From contig JBHLSH010000008.1 in NCBI GenBank assembly GCA_048881705.1, positions 10,728 through 74,727 on the forward strand: a stretch of 64,000 bases of DNA, given 5' to 3'. The notes under the pieces are model-generated. The model searched no databases. It saw only the letters and a program-made list of their open reading frames with translations, and was not told the origin of the DNA. A program made the position numbers and the translations under genes. The stretch is from Candidatus Heimdallarchaeota archaeon. GTDB taxonomy: Archaea; Asgardarchaeota; Heimdallarchaeia; Hodarchaeales; Hodarchaeaceae. Below, in pieces: positions 1 to 9,563 of this stretch (the first letter of the stretch is position 1; each line of letters begins with the position of its first letter).

Positions 1-857
1 ACCGCTCCCAAGGGGATTAAACTATCAATAGATAGGAGTGATGTTGGCCCATTGCGGGGGATGAGGGCCATAATGAAAGACCCAATGAGGATGGAGCCAG
101 AATATGATATTAGCAAGCGATCCGAATATTTCTTGAACAGGACCAGTAAGAACGCGTGAAGAGCTAATAGGTTAAAGACATAAGTGGATGCTCCCCAGGA
201 GCCTGATAGTACACCTAGTGAGAGACCAGCAAAGATCGCACTGAAAATGGAATCGGTTCGCAAAGCTCGGGAGTAGAAATAGAGACTGAGAACTAGAAAT
301 AGAATTCCTAACCCTTCATTGTCAAAAAAACCTGCAGTGGTTCGCTGGAGATGGCCTGCAGAAATGGCCAGCAACAATGCTGACAAAAGCCCAACTTTCT
401 TATTGGCCAGTTCTTTCCCCAAGAAATAGATTGCCATGGTAGTCAAAGATCCCATAATCGCTGGTTGAAAATAGGCAATAACCCTTAACGGGATATCGAT
501 TCCTAAAAAGAGGGCCACTTCATGAAGAAAAACGGCAGAGAGAGGAGTGCCGAGGTATTGAGATTTCCCCCAATGCCGACCTTCGGGATACCAGGTCTGG
601 TTGTCTACCCATGACAGAAAGGCGAATAGTCCGTGCTCAGAAATATATTCAGCGGCCCGTAACTGGGAATAGGGATCATTGGCAGACAGGATTACTTCAT
701 ACTGAAAAAAAGGTAAAATTCGTAGAATGAACGCTATCACAAAAATGAGAACCAAAGAGGAGTAAAGAAAGAAATATTCTCTGGTAAAGGTCGTTGATGC
801 GAAATGGTACCGAGTTTTGAGATCATTGGCTATCCTAGTTACAAGGCCGTGTGCCAA
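1..857 (-). CDS. aglB: Oligosaccharyltransferase AglB/STT3, N-terminal part; runs off the window edge
   Basis: Absent from the ORF track. Manual minus-strand translation from TTG at 857 gives MAHGLVTRIAND...LRILPFFQYEVILSANDPYSQLRAAEY...WYPEGR...QRTTAGFFDNEGLG...SGSWGA, matching the STT3 N-terminal DP, WYPxGR, DNE and SWG motifs. An in-frame TGA lies just upstream of the TTG. Confidence 0.85.
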   Translation of the reverse strand, partial: MAHGLVTRIANDLKTRYHFASTTFTREYFFLYSSLVLIFVIAFILRILPFFQYEVILSANDPYSQLRAAEYISEHGLFAFLSWVDNQTWYPEGRHWGKSQYLGTPLSAVFLHEVALFLGIDIPLRVIAYFQPAIMGSLTTMAIYFLGKELANKKVGLLSALLLAISAGHLQRTTAGFFDNEGLGILFLVLSLYFYSRALRTDSIFSAIFAGLSLGVLSGSWGASTYVFNLLALHAFLLVLFKKYSDRLLISYSGSILIGSFIMALIPRNGPTSLLSIDSLIPLGA

Positions 858-906
858 GGTAGTTCACCGAGGACACTGGACGCGGAACAGGATTCAGTAG
901 GGAAGG

Positions 907-1617
907 TTAATCTCGTAAAGGCACGAGATCGGAAATCGCGAGATAATCTTCCACGATGTGCAATTGATTCTCCTCTACCTTAATCAGGCCTTGTTTGCGA
1001 AGATTCGTGACATAATAAGAGATAAGGGCCCTACTATGTCCAGTAAACGCAACGAGATCCTTTTGAAGACATATCCCATTGTTATTTGAGATATGTGTCA
1101 GAATTGCGGCTATTTTGGGATTTCTGGTCAAAGCTAACCACGACTTTTCCTTAATCGAATAATGAGCAGAACGATCAAAGAAATGTCGACATCGGCCTAA
1201 TTTCATAGACTCAATAGTCATCTCCTTCAACTCAAGATTGTAAAGATGATATTGGATCACACCTAAAGCGAGATCAGTTTCTCTTTGGATTTCTCTAAGC
1301 GTGATTCCTGGGTTTTGCGTTATAGTCTCCTGTATTAGATCTCTATTCTTAGATAGTTTAGTTTCCTCACGAAAATGGTCTTGGGAGTCTAAAGACGTAT
1401 GTGCACCTAATAATATCATGACTTGATGTATAGAAGTCGCAGAAGATGAATTCGGAGATGTGATTAGATGAGAAAATTCAGTTCCCGTTGCACCAGATGT
1501 TGGCGATATTAAATATTGGAAATTAGAGAAAATCCCGATCATCACAAAAACTAAGACCATTAATTGAAGGAATTTTATAATCTTCGTCTTTGTGAGTTTT
1601 GGAAGGATTGTCTCCAC
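907..1617 (-). CDS. Winged helix-turn-helix regulator (COG3398-like, two wHTH units) with N-terminal hydrophobic segment
   Basis: NPGITLREIQRETDLALGVIQYHLYNLE and a second wHTH (QKDLVAFTGHSRALISYYVTNLRKQGLI); N-terminal hydrophobic stretch FLQLMVLVFVMIGIF; GTG start. Confidence 0.75.
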   Translation of the reverse strand: METILPKLTKTKIIKFLQLMVLVFVMIGIFSNFQYLISPTSGATGTEFSHLITSPNSSSATSIHQVMILLGAHTSLDSQDHFREETKLSKNRDLIQETITQNPGITLREIQRETDLALGVIQYHLYNLELKEMTIESMKLGRCRHFFDRSAHYSIKEKSWLALTRNPKIAAILTHISNNNGICLQKDLVAFTGHSRALISYYVTNLRKQGLIKVEENQLHIVEDYLAISDLVPLRD

Positions 1618-1769
1618 CCGAAATTACTGTGGATCGTTTACTTTTAAATTCTTTCCCAGAAGATGTCAAAAGATTGTACTACATCCCTTTTTGGTAGGAT
1701 AACCAATACCATTCATTTAGTTCCTAGGAGGATCAATATCTCGGGACCATTAGGAAGGCAGAGCTACTA

Positions 1770-3263
1770 TTACAAGTAGAACTCTAGGATCCCAAACTTC
1801 CGACTATCATCATCCAGAATTTCACTATATCGTTTCAAAATAGCTACGCAAACATAGAGCCCAACCGCTGTTGTGAACAACCCAAGGATTTGTGCGATCA
1901 TAAGTAGCACTAGGAAACGTAAGCCCCAGGATCTGGCTGATCGTATTTGGTATGGTTGGTTATTTAGGATATCGTTATTGTTTTGCGAAAAACTGTCAAT
2001 CTTGAAGAACCCAATCACCGGTAGCATCATTAGGATATCAGCTCTTTCTGGATCCAATGGTTTTAAGATTTGACCCAAGAAGTAGATAGAGAACCCTACG
2101 AAAATCAAACCATACATAATTCCTCTAGTCAGAGCAGAGAGCGGATCCACGGGACTGATCAATCCCGAATCACCGATTAGTGATTGGGGGGGGGTTAATA
2201 AGTAAGCAAGTCCACTTTCGGGTACATATTGCCCGGAAACATGATCCGCTCTAAACGTCCCTAACAAAGAAACGAGGATATCGGGCGGCTTCTGGCCCCC
2301 ACTTGCACCTGCATTCCAAACCACCTGAGCCAGAAATGATATACTTGAGAACATGACCGAAGTTAAAATCACAGGAATAAGCAGAAAAAAAAGGATGTTT
2401 CCCTGATACTCGCAATCTTGCCTCTCTGTTGGTTGATCTTTGATGCATATCTTGAATTTAAAAGCTCCAATGTAGTTTAACAAGAGGAAAAAGATAATTG
2501 TAACCAAAAAGGACGATAGTGAATACGCAGGGAGGACTAGGTTATTTTGTGGATCATATCGAAACAATAGTGCCACTATTGCGGCAAACACGTTCTCTTG
2601 ATTGATCCAAGAAAGAAAAGCTAATATTAGGCCTCGATTTGATAAGATGTCGTTCGTACCCTCCAAAACCGCCTGAACAGAAAAAAGGTACATGAATAGA
2701 TCAAGACCTATTGTACTAAGGATAAATAGGGCTATCCCAGAACCATATCCCCATCCTTTAGAGATTATTTCATCTAGATAGATTGCGATAATTCCCCCTA
2801 CGACTAATTGGCCAAAGATAATTATCTGTCGATCTACGGTCAAGTTAACACCAAAATACTCGCCTAGCATCACTAAAAAGGCGCCAAGAATGGTAAAAGT
2901 GATTGCCATACCTTTAAGACTCGCATTATAGGCAGCCTTTCCTTTTACGGACGTAAAATCGTTGTTGATAGTTCTTCTAAGAAGGATGAATCGCATAATC
3001 AGGCCAGCTAGAAGAATCGGGAATATTCCTAATGTTCCCAAGTATCCAAGGGGCGGGGCATAAATCACCCTCAGGTAGGCAAAGGGATCTGCTTCTCCAA
3101 CGTGCGCTCCAATTAGTGGGATGGAGATCAGAAGCGAGTACGCCGCAAACACGATTAATGTCCAAGAAACCTTCTCTATAGGGGAAAGATCACGCGAAGG
3201 CCTTTTAACCGCGGGGAATATTGTTCCGATCCGTCCGAAGAATACAAGAAACATCTGAATCAT
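1770..3263 (-). CDS. secY: SecY/Sec61-alpha family translocon subunit, divergent paralog
   Basis: PAVKRP..EKVSWT..IPLIG, plug DPFAYLRVI, LGIFPI, IYLDEIISKGWGYGSGIALFI, GLAYLLTPP; about 10 TM segments. C-terminal half strongly divergent from canonical SecY. Confidence 0.85.
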   Translation of the reverse strand: MIQMFLVFFGRIGTIFPAVKRPSRDLSPIEKVSWTLIVFAAYSLLISIPLIGAHVGEADPFAYLRVIYAPPLGYLGTLGIFPILLAGLIMRFILLRRTINNDFTSVKGKAAYNASLKGMAITFTILGAFLVMLGEYFGVNLTVDRQIIIFGQLVVGGIIAIYLDEIISKGWGYGSGIALFILSTIGLDLFMYLFSVQAVLEGTNDILSNRGLILAFLSWINQENVFAAIVALLFRYDPQNNLVLPAYSLSSFLVTIIFFLLLNYIGAFKFKICIKDQPTERQDCEYQGNILFFLLIPVILTSVMFSSISFLAQVVWNAGASGGQKPPDILVSLLGTFRADHVSGQYVPESGLAYLLTPPQSLIGDSGLISPVDPLSALTRGIMYGLIFVGFSIYFLGQILKPLDPERADILMMLPVIGFFKIDSFSQNNNDILNNQPYQIRSARSWGLRFLVLLMIAQILGLFTTAVGLYVCVAILKRYSEILDDDSRKFGILEFYL

Positions 3264-3299
3264 GTTTTTTCCTCATTAGGATAGTTTTCGATACCCATA

Positions 3300-3500
3300 T
3301 TACCTAAATGATCTTCCTAGGATTAAAAAAACTATCACCCGGATCAAGAATGAGAATAATCCTAGGCCTCCAAATCCAATTGCAGTTTTTTGGATGAGCT
3401 TAATAACTTCTGATTTCGTAGGAGGATAGGGAACTAATTGAATTTTTCCGTTCCTCTTAGGTAATCTTAGATTTACCCTCTTCTCCTCTGAATTTTCCAT
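3300..3500 (-). CDS. secE: SecE/Sec61-gamma family subunit, divergent
   Basis: PTKSEVIKLIQKTAIGFGGLGLFSFLIRVIV matches the KPxxxEF..TAIGF..MG..GF..KLI pattern; 66 aa, one TM; 36 bp upstream of secY on the same strand. Confidence 0.72.
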   Translation of the reverse strand: MENSEEKRVNLRLPKRNGKIQLVPYPPTKSEVIKLIQKTAIGFGGLGLFSFLIRVIVFLILGRSFR

Positions 3501-3561
3501 TGATAAATCCCTAATACTCTGTTTTTTTGGGAATAAATATCCTCATCTAATCATGAAACGA

Positions 3562-3582
3562 GATTGATAACCTTTATCAATC
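3562..3582. promoter_or_regulatory. Perfect 9-3-9 inverted repeat, candidate operator
   Basis: GATTGATAA-CCT-TTATCAATC in the divergent intergenic region between secE and the ABC exporter, about 60 bp upstream of the secE start. Confidence 0.5.
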
Positions 3583-3828
3583 CTACAATCCTATGCAACG
3601 TCCAGTTTTGTTTATAACATTAGCAAGAACATTTCGTTTTATTGCTTCTGGTACAATTATTTGACACTGACTTTCCTTAATGTTTTTCTCTGTTCCGATT
3701 TAATAGGGGCGCTATAATCGCCGGTCTGAGGTTCTTCTTTCCAAAGGATTTAATATGTCTATACCCAGATTCCTTTTCATACCAAGTTTTAATCCGAATT
3801 GATGTTACTTTGAATTGAGAGAATCGAT

Positions 3829-4671
3829 ATGACATATGGTAATCCGACCCTAAATTTAGCATCGCCAGCACAAATCGAAATTCCGATAAAAATTGCCGGA
3901 TTAACCAAGAGTTACGGAACGGTGGGCGTCCTCGAAAATTTCGATTTAGTGTTAGACCATAAAGAGTGTTTAGGGATCATCGGCCCAAACGGAGCTGGAA
4001 AAACCACCCTCTTTAGATGTCTAATGGGATTGGTGAGAATTCAACAGGGAAATATTAACCTTCTAGGGCAAAGTGTGGTAACGAACGGAAAAATATCTCC
4101 ACAACTTCGTAGGATTCGGCCCAGAATAGGGTACGTACCAGAATCTTTAGAAATTTACTCATTTTTGACAGTAAGGGAATATCTTTGCTTCATAAGCAAA
4201 TTGTTTGTTTTAAGGGAAGATGAGTATAATCAGTATTCACGTTACCTAATCCGCTTATTTGAGCTAGAAGAGTGGGAAGAATCCCTTATCAAACATCTAT
4301 CAACGGGGAACTACCAAAAGCTAATATTATGCACTGCTTTGATTCATCAACCAGAAGTTCTTATTTTAGATGAGCCATTTTCAAATTTGGATATAAAAAC
4401 CAGAAAGAAAACAAAAAATATTCTTAAAAAGTTCATCAGTCGTGGAATACCAGAACTAGATATAGATGTGCCTGGTTCGATCATCATTGCTTCCCATATT
4501 CTCGCTGATCTAGAGGAATTATGTACACAAATAGCTCTTCTCCATTCGGGGAGGATAACTTGGAAAGGAACCATAGCGGAAATAAGGCAGGATCAAACTA
4601 AGGCAAGATCTTTTGAATCATTTGTTTTGGAGGTCTGGGACAATGAAACAGAAAAAGATTGGCAGGAGTAG
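3829..4671 (+). CDS. ABC transporter ATP-binding protein (ABC-2/CcmA type)
   Basis: Walker A GPNGAGKTT, signature variant LSTGNYQK, Walker B LILDEP, H-loop SH. Confidence 0.92.
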   Translation: MTYGNPTLNLASPAQIEIPIKIAGLTKSYGTVGVLENFDLVLDHKECLGIIGPNGAGKTTLFRCLMGLVRIQQGNINLLGQSVVTNGKISPQLRRIRPRIGYVPESLEIYSFLTVREYLCFISKLFVLREDEYNQYSRYLIRLFELEEWEESLIKHLSTGNYQKLILCTALIHQPEVLILDEPFSNLDIKTRKKTKNILKKFISRGIPELDIDVPGSIIIASHILADLEELCTQIALLHSGRITWKGTIAEIRQDQTKARSFESFVLEVWDNETEKDWQE

Positions 4672-6076
4672 ATTGCTTGTCCAATTTATGTGGCTAGAAT
4701 GCAAAAAACTGTCTAAATTCTGGGATGCGATCCCCAAAATATCCATTCTGCTATATTCGATGGTTTTTGTTGAGTGTCTCCTAGCGGCGGCTTTTGGTTG
4801 GTACTACCCATTATTCCTGCATAGTCATCCGCGAGCGCTTGTCATTTCAAGTCTGTTGGTATTATCAATAGGCATTTTTATATTCACTAGTAGTTCGTTT
4901 ATCGCTCCAAGTAAGGAGAGTTTTTTTGCAGCTAATCCCTTTCATGTTGATGAATCAGATCTGAATATTCTTTCACAAACGCTAAACGACCCCATATCCT
5001 GGGCCCTTATCGGGCTGATCCGAAATTCCCTCAAAGTATTACTATATGTAGTTTTCTTGGCGTTGATCATTGTTTCGTATGCATTTAGTGTCCAGATCCC
5101 TTGGCCAAACATAGTAATAGTTCTGGTTGCCCTTTATCTAGGGATCCAAGTCTTTATGTTCGCTGGATCGTTTGTATATAGTTTCACGGAGGAATTCTTG
5201 GAACAATTGAGACCAAGATGGCGAGAACAGAACTTTTCGCTTCTCAATAATGTTATTTCAACAGTTGCCATGATAATTGTTCTAGGTGGATTGGGGGTCC
5301 TGGCATTTATCGATACTTCTGAAGGAACTAGTTTCGTCATCTTAGAACAGATGGTTTTGGATTTGTGGTTCATTCCCCCTTTTAATCTCATTTATTTGGT
5401 TTTAGCGGCTCTTTCTAAGACATGGCCTCAAACCTACCTGATTCAAGCAATGATTAGTTTATTGTTCGAATGGGCAATGGCTCTCGGGCTTTTCTTTCTT
5501 ATCCACAGCAAAATCGATCCTTTAGCCCGGCTATACGAGAGACGACCCCTGGTAGATGCCCTCTCGGAGAGTTTCGATCTTGCTTTAGCAGGCTATTTCA
5601 TTTTCACTTCTATCTTTCAAAGTGGAGCCTCATGGTTTAAGTTTCTGCAATATAAGAACCAATTTCTCCATGAAGCAGTGAGTCTTCTCCAAAAAGACCT
5701 TCTTCTCCTCGATAAATATCGTATTTCCTTTACCTATACTCTCACAGTGCTAATATATGGCATTATTGTAGTTTTTTGGCTTGCATCGGCAGCTAATATC
5801 ATTCCCTGGTTTACTCCGGCCGGAATTCTCGCAATCATTGCTATTACAGTGTTTCTCTGGTTTAAAGAGTCAAGGCTTCTCGTCAAAAACCTCAAAATAT
5901 CGTTTAGGGCCGTATTAATGGAAAAACTATTTCTCTCGTTTTTTCTTTCCTGCTCTCTTCTTCTCGCGATTTTGATCATAAACGAAGGAACGTTGTTCCT
6001 AGGGGGAATAGTTGTTTATGCATTCAGTTTTATCTTCGGGCTCATCTATTATAGTATCAAGCCAATTCCATATTGA
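4643..6076 (+). CDS. Putative ABC exporter permease, multi-pass membrane protein
   Basis: About 10-12 hydrophobic segments; overlaps the ATPase 3' end. ATG at 4643 preferred to the track start at 4613. Confidence 0.65.
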   Translation: MKQKKIGRSRLLVQFMWLECKKLSKFWDAIPKISILLYSMVFVECLLAAAFGWYYPLFLHSHPRALVISSLLVLSIGIFIFTSSSFIAPSKESFFAANPFHVDESDLNILSQTLNDPISWALIGLIRNSLKVLLYVVFLALIIVSYAFSVQIPWPNIVIVLVALYLGIQVFMFAGSFVYSFTEEFLEQLRPRWREQNFSLLNNVISTVAMIIVLGGLGVLAFIDTSEGTSFVILEQMVLDLWFIPPFNLIYLVLAALSKTWPQTYLIQAMISLLFEWAMALGLFFLIHSKIDPLARLYERRPLVDALSESFDLALAGYFIFTSIFQSGASWFKFLQYKNQFLHEAVSLLQKDLLLLDKYRISFTYTLTVLIYGIIVVFWLASAANIIPWFTPAGILAIIAITVFLWFKESRLLVKNLKISFRAVLMEKLFLSFFLSCSLLLAILIINEGTLFLGGIVVYAFSFIFGLIYYSIKPIPY

Positions 6077-6176
6077 TCCAAGATAAGTCCCGCTTCCAGC
6101 AGGGAAGATTGTGCAAAAAATCCATATAATCGGATTGATGGAAGGTTGATTTCACCAAAACACTGGAAACTATGTC

Positions 6177-7154
6177 ATGAAAGCAATTGTTCTCCGCGAA
6201 TACGGAGATCCGGATGTTCTTCAGCTCAAAGAGGTAGCAGATCCCGTTCCTCGCGACAATGAAGTAAAGGTAAAGATTGTTGCGGCCTCTGTAAACGCTA
6301 CGGATCTGGAAATTGTTAGAGGAGACTTGATCGTTCGCCTTTCAAGCGGATTACGAAAACCCTCGAATTCAAGACTCGGTTGTGATTTTGCGGGGCGCGT
6401 TGAATCAATTGGAAAAAATGTAAAGCAGTTTGAACAAGGCGATGAGGTTTACGCGGATTTGATGTACCAGCCTCGTGCCTATGGCGCTTTTGCGGAATAT
6501 GTATGTATCCCTGAAAAATCATTACGACGGAAGCCTGCCAGCATGACATTTGAGGAGGCGGCTACCATACCTCAGGCTGGTGTTCTCGCCGTACAAGGAA
6601 TTCGTGGTAGAATACCACCTCGGACAGGACAAGAAATTTTAATTAATGGTGCTGGTGGTGGTGTGGGAACCTTTGCGATTCAGGTTGCCAAGTACTTCGG
6701 AGCGGAAGTCACAGCGGTTGATAATAGCAGCAAATTAGACATGATGCGTGAACTCGGGGCGGATCATGTTATAGACCATAACAATGAAGATTTTACAAGA
6801 AGCGGAAAGCGGTATGATTTGATTCTTGATGTCATAGCTAGGCGAGGAATCCTTGCCTATAGACGTGCATTAAAGCCAACGGGGGTTTTCCGTATGGTGG
6901 GCGGAACTGCTGGCCGAATATTCCAAATCTTATTCTTGGGAACCTTGGTTTCACGATTTTCTAGTAAAAAGATAGGTGTGCTTATGGGAAGTCCAAACAA
7001 GAAAAGAGATATGGAATTTTTGGCGGAACGGTTTGAAGATAAAACGGTAGTGCCGATTATAGACAGGATTTATCCCTTAAATGAAGTTGCAGAAGCGCTT
7101 CGGTATCTTAGAGACGGACATGCAAAAGGAAAGTTAGTGATCACGATGGAATAG
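6177..7154 (+). CDS. NAD(P)-dependent MDR-family oxidoreductase (quinone oxidoreductase/ADH-like)
   Basis: GroES-like N-terminus (EVKVKIVAASVN, GCDFAGRVE), INGAGGGVGTFAIQVAK, C-terminal GHAKGKLVI. Confidence 0.92.
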   Translation: MKAIVLREYGDPDVLQLKEVADPVPRDNEVKVKIVAASVNATDLEIVRGDLIVRLSSGLRKPSNSRLGCDFAGRVESIGKNVKQFEQGDEVYADLMYQPRAYGAFAEYVCIPEKSLRRKPASMTFEEAATIPQAGVLAVQGIRGRIPPRTGQEILINGAGGGVGTFAIQVAKYFGAEVTAVDNSSKLDMMRELGADHVIDHNNEDFTRSGKRYDLILDVIARRGILAYRRALKPTGVFRMVGGTAGRIFQILFLGTLVSRFSSKKIGVLMGSPNKKRDMEFLAERFEDKTVVPIIDRIYPLNEVAEALRYLRDGHAKGKLVITME

Positions 7155-7274
7155 GCAGAGGTAGTTGGTTCTCATCAGCAGCTTTTGGAGATGATCCAAA
7201 GATTTCATTAGCACTACTGAGCAAGACTTATAATTATAGCCTGTGTTCGGCTTTTGAACTGTGCCTTGACAGAG

Positions 7275-8102
7275 ATGGCAACGAGCGAAGTTAAATCTAC
7301 TCTAATTTGCATCTTACTCATTATTGCATACGGAAATTTCCTAGTTGATGTCAACGGAAATGATGACGTACATATAACTCCAAACGATGAATTCTTTAAA
7401 CAGGCAATTGACCTTTTTGATATTGATCCTGACAGCTATCGATTATATGTTACTGGTGAAGTAGCCAATCCTTTAAGTTTATCACTCGAAGAAATAAAAT
7501 CAATGCCTGTTACCTCCGAAACCGTACGGTTGACGTGTGTTGATTACAAGCAGGGAGCCCTGTCATTAACAGGAGTCGCCAATTGGACTGGTGTTAGGTT
7601 GTCTCACATTTTGAATTTATCAGAGATAAATTATCAGGCCGCGAAAGATATCGCCTTCTATACTCCCGATCTTAGTCCTTACGGATATACAACCAGTTTA
7701 GCATTGGAAGAGGCGTTCTGGGGTGATGTTATTCTTGCTTATGAAATGAATGGAGAAATTTTACCGAAAGAACATGGATTCCCTATACGACTTGTTTGTC
7801 CTCGGTTTTTTGGCTATAAATGGATCAAATGGATAGCTTACATCAACGTAACAGCATTTGACTATCATGGTTATTGGGAAAACAGGGGTTATAACGATAC
7901 ACCTTATGTAGATGTAGCTCTTCCTATTTATTATTCCCCAGTTGGATCAGACATACCAATCCCAGAGATAACATCTAGCGAGTCAGTATCTGACGGATCA
8001 AAATCTACGCGCGGGCCAGGTATGGAGATAATTCTTTCTATGCTAGCAATAGCTGCAATCACGCGAGTAAAAATTGGTCGAAAGAAAGGAAGGCAAAACT
8101 AA
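7275..8102 (+). CDS. Molybdopterin-dependent oxidoreductase (sulfite oxidase/MsrP-like), exported and C-terminally anchored
   Basis: LTCVD (Mo-ligand Cys), ANWTGVRL, AYEMNGEILPKEHGFPIRLVCP..GYKWIKWI, GYWENRGY; N-terminal signal; C-terminal PGMEIILSMLAIAAI plus basic tail. ATG at 7275 (track TTG at 7254). Confidence 0.85.
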   Translation: MATSEVKSTLICILLIIAYGNFLVDVNGNDDVHITPNDEFFKQAIDLFDIDPDSYRLYVTGEVANPLSLSLEEIKSMPVTSETVRLTCVDYKQGALSLTGVANWTGVRLSHILNLSEINYQAAKDIAFYTPDLSPYGYTTSLALEEAFWGDVILAYEMNGEILPKEHGFPIRLVCPRFFGYKWIKWIAYINVTAFDYHGYWENRGYNDTPYVDVALPIYYSPVGSDIPIPEITSSESVSDGSKSTRGPGMEIILSMLAIAAITRVKIGRKKGRQN

Positions 8103-8135
8103 AATTTGTTTAGGGTTTTATCTTCTGGCATAATT

Positions 8136-9308
8136 CTAGAGAGTCAACGGTGCGATCTCTTCTGGAGTTGAATATATCAACTCGTAATCCCCTCTACCGA
8201 GGCCGACTGCCTGGCAGAACTCAAATAATCTAGAATCATCGAACTTAGTTTCTCCTGGGTTATTACAGTTGAGTATATCAGCTTCAGTTCCTACAATTCC
8301 TGCAGCCTTATTGACAAGATCTAGTGAAGCTCGATCGATCGCTACAGGATTATTACCTAAAAGAAGGCCTACGTCAGGAACAATAGGAATACTGTTTAAC
8401 GATCTACAGTCACAGCCCGTGACAATGTCATATGCAGCATTGATGTATGTGAACCTGTCTTCACCTACTAGATCAATAACGGTTCTACTAATGTCCACAA
8501 TATATTTCTGTAATAGTACTTCGCTATGTTTCCCCTCTGGGTAAAATGCTTTCAAAGGACATAAACTCTTGCAATTGCCACAGAGAAGACAATACTTCTC
8601 ATTAATTCGGGCCTTGTTGTTCATGATTTCGATTGCCGAAGGAGCTGGACACTTTCCAAGACACTCGTCATTGCATTTACTACGATCGCACTTCTCTTTG
8701 TCAACGTGGAGCGGAGGATCGAAATGAGCTAGGAATTTGCCGGTTTTTGTTGTGAGTCCTATTCCCAGGTTTTTTAGAGACGCTGCAATGGATTCGCCAC
8801 GAGTATAGGGAGAATGGCCTTTAAAGTGAGAAAGACTGACCACATGATCCATGTTCAAAATTCCCCGCGCAATCCAGGCTTCATCAAGAACCAGGCCATT
8901 TTTAACTTTAACTTTAACCCCGTCAACTCCCCAGAACCCGTCCAACATTACCAATGGAGCTCTTATAGAACCAATAGTTAATCCATGCCAAGATGCAGCC
9001 TCCAGATATGCTTCTGCTGACTTTTTGTGACCGAAATATCCGTGTCCACAGGTTTCTGCCAAAAAAGGATGACCCCCTGCTTGCCGTACGGTTTCAACGA
9101 TGGTTCGATAGATAACCGGACGCAAGACATTCGGATTCCCAGGGTCCCCGAAATTAGTCTTTATGCACACAAGGTCTCCCTTGTCAATTTTTTCGGAAAA
9201 GCCTGAATCATAAAAGAGCTTTTGAAGTTTTGTGATAATGCTGCCGCTTCTATCGCTCGGTTTTCGATTAGATAGCCAAGCAGGGGAATAATATACCTTG
9301 CCAACCAA
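8136..9308 (-). CDS. DUF362 family protein with 2x[4Fe-4S] ferredoxin insert (COG2768-like)
   Basis: KTNFGDPGN, SHFKGH, LKNLGIG, CxxxCxxxCxxxCP and CLLCGNCKSLCP, CDC, PVAIDRASLDLV. Probable TTG start at 9308 after GAGGTA (track start 9404). Confidence 0.85.
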   Translation of the reverse strand: MVGKVYYSPAWLSNRKPSDRSGSIITKLQKLFYDSGFSEKIDKGDLVCIKTNFGDPGNPNVLRPVIYRTIVETVRQAGGHPFLAETCGHGYFGHKKSAEAYLEAASWHGLTIGSIRAPLVMLDGFWGVDGVKVKVKNGLVLDEAWIARGILNMDHVVSLSHFKGHSPYTRGESIAASLKNLGIGLTTKTGKFLAHFDPPLHVDKEKCDRSKCNDECLGKCPAPSAIEIMNNKARINEKYCLLCGNCKSLCPLKAFYPEGKHSEVLLQKYIVDISRTVIDLVGEDRFTYINAAYDIVTGCDCRSLNSIPIVPDVGLLLGNNPVAIDRASLDLVNKAAGIVGTEADILNCNNPGETKFDDSRLFEFCQAVGLGRGDYELIYSTPEEIAPLTL

Positions 9309-9563
9309 TGTTTTTACCTCATTACCTGATCCATGATGATACGATTTATAGAAGATAAGGTTTTTGAACGAATCTTTAAAAATTGTTATGCAAGTACGTC
9401 TCATGATTTAATAAATGTAAAAAACGATTCCTATTCGCAATCTTAAATGCATAAAATTGCCTAAAAAGGTATAAAGTTACAGAAATTTGTTAAAATCGAC
9501 ATATTAATTGATTAAATTACAGATCGAGTGATTAAGGGAACTGAATAGAGAAATAATTAGGAG

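Noticed and set aside
3677-3871. 64-aa ORF upstream of secE as a possible Sec61-beta
   Set aside because: No TM helix, it overlaps the ABC ATPase start on the opposite strand, and it lies in AT-rich promoter DNA.
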